64,000 nt of DNA, from positions 416,805-480,804 of the forward strand of contig RHPI01001507.1 in assembly GCA_009103225.1 (NCBI GenBank), in the 5' to 3' direction. Under the pieces are notes generated by a model. The model searched no databases. It was not told the DNA's origin and saw only the letters and a list, made by a program, of their open reading frames with translations. Made by a program: the position numbers and the translations under genes. Shown here piece by piece: positions 58,088-64,000 of the stretch. The DNA comes from Chlorokybus atmophyticus (taxonomy: Eukaryota; Plantae; Mesostigma and Chlorokybus algae). How positions within the stretch are numbered: the first letter of the stretch is position 1; every line of letters starts with the position of its first letter.

Positions 58088-61052
58088 GTGAGGAGGCTAC
58101 TGCTGGGGATAGGAAGGAGCCTCATGCACGGACGGATGCTGTGACATTTCCATTAAAGAAGCAAGAGGAGATGGCTTTGAACGCGCCAATGGTGGTGAGT
58201 TATGCAAACGAGGAGACAACAAAGTACTTCGGGCTTCGAGCACACATTTGCGATGACCAAGGACGATGGAGAGAGTGTAAGCTCATGATTGATAGCGGTG
58301 CCAACAGCAACTTCATGAGTATTGATATCGCGCGGCGTTACGGTTGGCTTTCGTCATTACGAGGAGGTGAAGTGAAGCTCGCTGATGGAGAGCCACCCTC
58401 TGGAGGTGATGGCGCTGCGTTTATGACCAAAGAGTTGTGCGTTCGCATTGGGAAGATGAAGGAGAGCATGCGATTTTGCTGCATCACCCTACGGAACGGG
58501 TTTGATGGGATTTTGGGACTACCGTGGCTATGGCAACATAATCCAGCCATCAATTGGAGGAAGCGCGTGCTCACCATCGAGCGAAACGGTGGAGAGTCCA
58601 TTCAAGCTGCATCGGACGTCATCGAGGCGCGGCACGCACAATTAGGTGGTACGACAATTGCCCAGATCTCTTATGTGCAATTGAGGAAGTTATTGTCTCC
58701 ACGGAAGGCAAAGGCTGCATGGTTGTGCGTGGTGCGCGAAAACACTGCAAAGTCAGCACCGGAGCTGAGTGACGATGTTCAGACGGCTACTATGGACCCC
58801 GAGGTGTGTAAACTTGTTAAAGAATACCAAGATATCATGGTGGACGGACTTCCATCTGGTCTACCACCTCCACGGAGCGTAGACCACCGTGTGGAGCTGA
58901 TTGAGGGCGTGCACAAGCCACCGTATCGACCCGTATACAAGTTGTCACCTTTGGAACTGGAAGAGGCCGAGAGGCAGGTGGCGGACTTGCTGAAAAGAGG
59001 CTACATCAGGCCTAGTAAGTCCCCCTATGGTGCACCTATTTTGTTTGTACGAAAGAAGAACGGGAGCTTGCGCATGTGCGTCGACTACCGAGCTCTCAAC
59101 AACATCACGAAGAGGAATTGCTTTCCACTCCCACGTATCGACGAGTTGCTGGAGCAATTGCAAGGTGCGCAGTACTTCACAACACTTGATCTTGCTGGAG
59201 GTTATCATCAAATTCGCATCGCGCCCGAGGATGTGGAAAAAACAGCTTTTAACACACGTTATGGGCACTACGAGTGGTTGGTCATGTCCTTCGGACTTAC
59301 GAACGCACCGGCAACATTTCAAATGCTTATGAACAGCGTTTTTGCTGACTTGATTGGTAAGGGAGTCCTCGTGTACCTCGACGACATTTTGGTGTACGCG
59401 ACAACAAAGGAGGAGCACGTGGCACTTCTACGGCGCGTGTTGCAGCGTTTGCGCGAACACAAGTTGTACGCCCAGCTACAGAAGTGCAAATTCTTGCTTC
59501 GAGAGGTGGAGTACCTAGGCCACATTGTGTCGCATGAAGGCATCAAGCCGGACCCCAACAAAGTGCGGGTGGTGCGCGAGTGGGCTGCCCCGACCAATGT
59601 AAAGGAGGTGATGTCCTTTGTAGGCCTTGCGGGGTATTATTGCAAGTTTATCATGGGGTTTTCGCGCATAGCTGCTCCCTTGACTACCCTACTCAAGAAG
59701 GGAAAGCATTGAAGCTGGTCAGCAATAGAGGAACATGCATTTGCTGCGTTGAAGAAGGCGCTGACGGAGGCACCAGTCCTGGCTCACCCCAACATGGAAA
59801 AGACATTTATTTTGGCTTGCGACGCGTCCGACACAGCCGTAGGAGCTGTTTTGCAGCAAGACCATGGCAACGGCCTTCAACCAGTAGCATTCTTCAGCAA
59901 GAAGATGAGTGGTGCGGAGCTGAATTACCCCGTGCACGAGAAGGAACTTTTAGCGCAAGTCATGGCGCTACGACAATGGCGTTGTTTTCTGGAAGGCAAA
60001 AAGTTCGTGCTTGAGACGGATCACTCTCCACTGAGGTACTTACAAACACAACCTCATCTGAGTCGCAGACAAGCTCAATGGCTTGAGTTCTTTCAACTTT
60101 TTGACTTCGATATCAAGTACAAGCCCGGTACGTCAAATGGTGTTGCTGACGCGCTGAGCCGGCTTAATGCAATTGAGGCACTCGCTCAAGTGCAGCCCGA
60201 GTGGACCGACCAGATTCGGCAAGTGCTTCGTGAAGACACGGAGGGTATGAAAGTGTTGCAAGAGCTGGAAAATACAGCTACGGACACAAGTGGGCACTGG
60301 TCAATGCGCGACGGGCTGCTGTGGCACCATGGGCGCTTGTACATCCCCAACGTCGCGCATATCCGTGTGAAGTTGCTGAAGGAAGCTCATGATGTGCCCA
60401 TTGCTGGTCACCAAGGGTTGGAAAGGACTTTGGCAAGCTTAAAACAGCGTTTTTACTGGCGAGAGATGCATCGCGATGTGCGCGACTACGTGGCGTTGTG
60501 CGACGCATGCCAAAGGGTGAAGGCAAGCAACCAAAAGCCAGGTGGGTTGCTGCAACCTCTCCCTGTGCCATTGTCCAAGTGGGAGCAAGTTACCATGGAC
60601 TTTATCACGGGGCTACCAAAGACAAAAGAAGGGTACGACGCTATACTTGTGTTCGTCGATAAAACCAGCAAAATGGTACGCTTGGCACCGTGTAGTGAGT
60701 CTTGCACGGCACCGGAGGCAGCACGCTTGTTCGTGAAGCATGTATTTCGTTCTCATGGATTACCACGAAGCATTGTGAGTGATCGCGACCCGCGCTTTAC
60801 AAGTAAGTTTTGGGAGGCGCTGCATAGTGCACTGGGTACCACACTGAAGTTTAGCACGGCATTCCACCCGCAAACTGATGGGCAAACGGAGCGGGCCAAC
60901 CGTGTGATCGAGGACAACCGCCAGAAAGGCCGCCCCCCGAAGTTGGCACGGATGGTGAACCAGAGTGGGAGGTAGAAGACATCCTTGGTGAGAAGTTTGT
61001 GCATGGCGTACGCAAGTTCTTAGTGAAATGGAAGGGCTATCCGTTGCATGAA
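58027..61052 (+). pseudogene. pol: pol of copy 1 (-1 frame to gag), with a nonsense codon and deletions
   Basis: PR, RT, RH and INT motifs as in copy 2. TGG has become TGA at 59710-59712, and the INT C-terminus is deleted. Confidence 0.95.
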
Positions 61053-61723
61053 TGTAACAGTCAAGGCCAAATTTTGTGACTTTCATGGCCGTTTTAGACC
61101 TTATTTTGCAAGGTACATGTTTTTTATGACTTGTGGCGGATATCGGCGAGTTATGAGTCTGCCGCGGATATCGACCGGGGCCCCAAGACCAGTCCGGAAG
61201 GTGCCAGAAAACGGAGGGCCAGTCGAGAAGGGCTCGACCAGATTTCTGGAAGGGCCTGGCGCCAAGTAGTATAACTTGACCATATGAGCAGCAAATTAGG
61301 AGATCTTTGGTGCGTTGGAAAGGTCTAGAAGTGTACTACAAGATTCTGCAAGAATATCTTAGCTTCTAGGTCCGTCTAGCGCTAGAATCGTCTAGACAGT
61401 AGCATGTGCAGACTGGTAGGTATAAAAGTGACATTCTACAATTTGCAATACAACCTTTAGCTCCCTAGTTTCTTGTGTGCAAGCTTGGTGGTGGTTAGCA
61501 GGGGTTGCTCGTGTGGCCACCGGTGTGTGCTTGCTTGTGTGACGATCCAAGGCGCTACACAAGTCGGTGTGTAGCTTCGAGCGCATGCGCGTGCGTACGC
61601 GAGTGGCGGGGCGCGCGTGTGTGCTTGGCAGAGGGGGCAAGGTTCCGGTGTGAATACCGTGTCTTGGTGAGAGGGTTGTGGATTGGACCAACTCACAGGT
61701 GACAAGGCACGAGCACCGTCACA
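61053..61723 (+). repeat. 3' LTR of chromovirus copy 1
   Basis: Direct repeat of 56291-56959, followed by TSD GTGTG. Confidence 0.97.
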
Positions 61724-62646
61724 GTGTGTATGTCAACAGGGTCCTCATTGGGCTTGCGCCGGAACCGCCTCAACTCCTCCACTTTACTAGTGGTTTGCGG
61801 TGGGAAGGTGCGACGAAGTGCAGCGTATGGATCCTTGAGTGGAGAGTTAGAGATGGCAGCACCCACAGTGATGGCTGGTGCGCGCAGTGCAACTGACTCA
61901 AGGGTGAAAGCACTGCCTCCCGCACGAGAGCCAGGTGTTGCCATAGGTAGGGGCGTGCCCACCTCAACGGCTGCAGTTCGTTGTTCTTCAAGGATGGCAG
62001 CGAAATGGTCCAGGATCCGGGCCCGTCCCGCGACCGTCTTGATCTCAATCTCTGCAGGGGTCAGGTTGACGATCACCAACTCCGATTCCTCCTCCTCTGC
62101 TCTGTCAATGGCTGCCGCTATCGACAACCCGGTAGCTGCAGCGGGAGTGACAGGTGGAAAGACGGCTGCTGGATGGTGCAGTGATGCAGGTGCTATGGTA
62201 TTGGCGAGCTCGCCATAACCATCAACTCGATGCAGTTCAGCAACAAACTTTTAGACATCATGTGCTTCATGGTCCAGATACTGAGCAGCAATGTGAAAAG
62301 AGATCTCATCTGACCAGTTTTTGTTCTTCAGAGCCTGCTTTCGCATCTTGGAGTGGAACTTAATGATGAATTCGTCCAGAGAGTTAGTGCCAGCACGTCC
62401 GGAGAAGTGCAGGGACGTGGTTGAGCTGGAAGACTCCATCTCGTAGTCGTCACTGTCGCACGAGAGTGGGGAAGCTCGATGCCGTTGAGTGGACAGAAAC
62501 GGAGTGCAGTCGGTAATAGCACGTGAGCCTCTGCTGCTACGATCGTTGCTCCCGTCACTGATCCGCTCATAGGTGAGGTTGGAGGTTGGGCTCCAGATGC
62601 GGAGGTCACCCTCGTCTATTGGAGAGAACGGGGTGGGCCTGCTCAT
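61724..62646 (-). pseudogene. gag-like ORF 1 of the DNMT element (continues, degraded, at 56290-~56080)
   Basis: FSGRAGTNSLDEFIIKF, IAAQYLDHEAHDV*K and KVEELRRFRRKPNEDP resemble capsid-region motifs of retrotransposon gag. Confidence 0.7.
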
Positions 62647-62858
62647 ACAGCTAGTCCAAAGGTGAAAGTGTATGCAGGGTAGAGTGTTTGTACTCTACCG
62701 TCTGTCTCGATGCCGCTACCACTCATCACACTAGTGCTTATGTGCGCACTAGGTAATGACAGTGATAACGAATGCCCAGGGATGTGTCCCTAGATACAGA
62801 CTGCACTATCTGATGCAGAATGCAACGCACTCACTTGAGCAAAGAGGGTGACACTGTG

Positions 62859-63463
62859 AGTCAACAAGCCACTACTATAGGTAGTGCTGTTTACACAGTT
62901 CTTTGCATGAGCGGAAAATGTGTTACACTGTTAAGTGAGGTGAATGAGCAAGCAACACGTGGATACTATGCCATGACTGATGCCAACAAGCACACTGCAA
63001 CCGGGCACACCAGGCCCACAGCGATGACAAGCATGATGCACACGCGAGCATGCACAGGCTCTCACACAGTGAGGGGGTTCTTGGTAACTGGGATGGCGTG
63101 TTCGTAGTTCAAGTCGTTTCACAAGCTCTTAGCTTTCTCACTTACAGTGTCACCAGCTGATCGGATGAACACTGTGACTACTTATACAAGTCAAATCATG
63201 ACTGTTCGGAACATGAGCTAACGATTATATCGAGGCTATTACCACAGCGATTGTCACTCGATATAGAACACAACTTATAATCGAAATCACAACTGAACAG
63301 CTACGTGCGGTGCCTTTGTGGGCTATGGTTGTGAGCTACCCTTAAGTCATGACCTAGCTACTGGTCAGGGACGCGCGCGCGTTGGTATGTCGATAGGCTG
63401 GGTGACGGTTCTGATGTAGACATGCCTAAGGAAGGCTGGTATGTGTGGGCACCAAGCATGACA
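62859..63463. repeat. Repeat B' (605 bp), the only terminal repeat at the element's 5' end
   Basis: Homologous to 44847-45443 and followed directly by the TSD AGGT. No A copy is adjacent. Confidence 0.97.
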
Positions 63464-64000
63464 AGGTGTTCCCGGTGGAGTCTCTTGAGTTGATCACTTC
63501 AAACCTGAACCGCTTGCTGTATGAGTTCCTTAATGAACTGTGTTTATAGACGGGGCATGGTTTCTCCTGCGACGTAGTGTTAGCAAGACGATGAGTTGTA
63601 TCATGTTTAAACTACGAGTCACACCAATGTCACAATCTCGCACTCGAGATGAACTGGGGGTGTTTGCACTGGAATGTCTTTAACGCTTGGATGGTGTGAT
63701 ATTTCGTGTACCTGATATGTCGCGTAGTGAACATAGTGCTTGACATATGAATGGACATTGTGTTGTGCAGTATCTATAGGTATCGGAAACGCCAATGTGG
63801 TGGCCTGAGCCGTACGTCGGGATCATTCACGATCTCGATTGGGTGACAAATGTTGGCAAGAGATGGTGGCATGGGAGTGGCTTGGTTAATAGGCCATGTG
63901 CCTGCTACAGGCATAAACGCGCCGACAGTAGGATTGAGAGAGAGAGAGATTGTGGCGTGTCACTGCTGCTTGGCCCTAATATGCATGTTAATAGTCAACT

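Larger units (their letters stand above)
56291..61723 (+). mobile_element. Chromovirus-family Ty3/gypsy copy 1, inserted into gag-like ORF 1 of the DNMT element
   Basis: LTRs 56291-56959 and 61053-61723 (about 1.5% different), TSD GTGTG, PBS at 56962-56973. There is a TGA at 59710-59712, and two deletions in INT and chromodomain/PPT. Confidence 0.98.
44624..63463 (-). mobile_element. Decayed Ty3/gypsy (non-chromovirus-like) retrotransposon carrying a C5 DNA methyltransferase and a PHD finger, with split direct repeats
   Basis: The termini TGTC...GACA are flanked by the 4-bp TSD AGGT (44620-44623, 63464-63467). Internal order is gag-like x2, unknown ORFs, PR, DNMT, RT, RH, INT, PHD, then a G-run. 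It hosts two later insertions. Confidence 0.9.

Noticed and set aside
37576-61705. Identical short ORFs recurring several times (MVKLYYLAPG..., MSPVSWSNPQ..., MVQSTTLS...)
   Set aside because: They lie within the chromovirus LTRs and recur only because the LTRs do. There is no coding evidence.
62859-62872. The 14-bp boundary repeat as a tRNA primer-binding site (begins TGG on the element strand)
   Set aside because: The implied tRNA 3' end (AGUCAACAAGCCA) matches no tRNA I recognise, it is not preceded by an LTR-terminal CA, and it also occurs after the PPT. The minus-strand primer of this element remains unidentified.

Overview
Eukaryotic, transposon-dense locus, probably from a chlorophyte green alga. 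This is an inference from short GT-AG introns rich in (CA)n/(TG)n, TGTAA poly(A)-signal-like motifs and the TE families present. The code is standard. Left third: the 5' part of a spliced hAT transposon; an assembly gap; a two-exon helical-NTD/ARM/WD40 gene; a rearranged DIRS (tyrosine-recombinase) retroelement whose internal inversion fuses RT in frame to the recombinase; four mTERF-like paralogs formed by an inverted duplication of a divergent gene pair; and an intact five-exon secreted-protein gene that the ORF track misses. Right two thirds: nested insertions. There are three copies of one Ty3/gypsy chromovirus family (about 670-bp LTRs, iMet PBS, -1 frameshift), two non-autonomous CACTA-like elements (CAC termini, 3-bp TSD) and decayed coiled-coil/RING paralogs. 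The standout is an 18.8-kb decayed Ty3/gypsy element (44624-63463, minus strand, 4-bp TSD AGGT). It encodes a C5 DNA methyltransferase between protease and RT and a PHD finger after the integrase. Instead of two ordinary LTRs it has split direct repeats (B-internal-A-gc-B-A) containing an internal CA-GC-TG circle-junction-like site. All calls were made by eye. No database searches or folding programs were run, and identity values are manual approximations.
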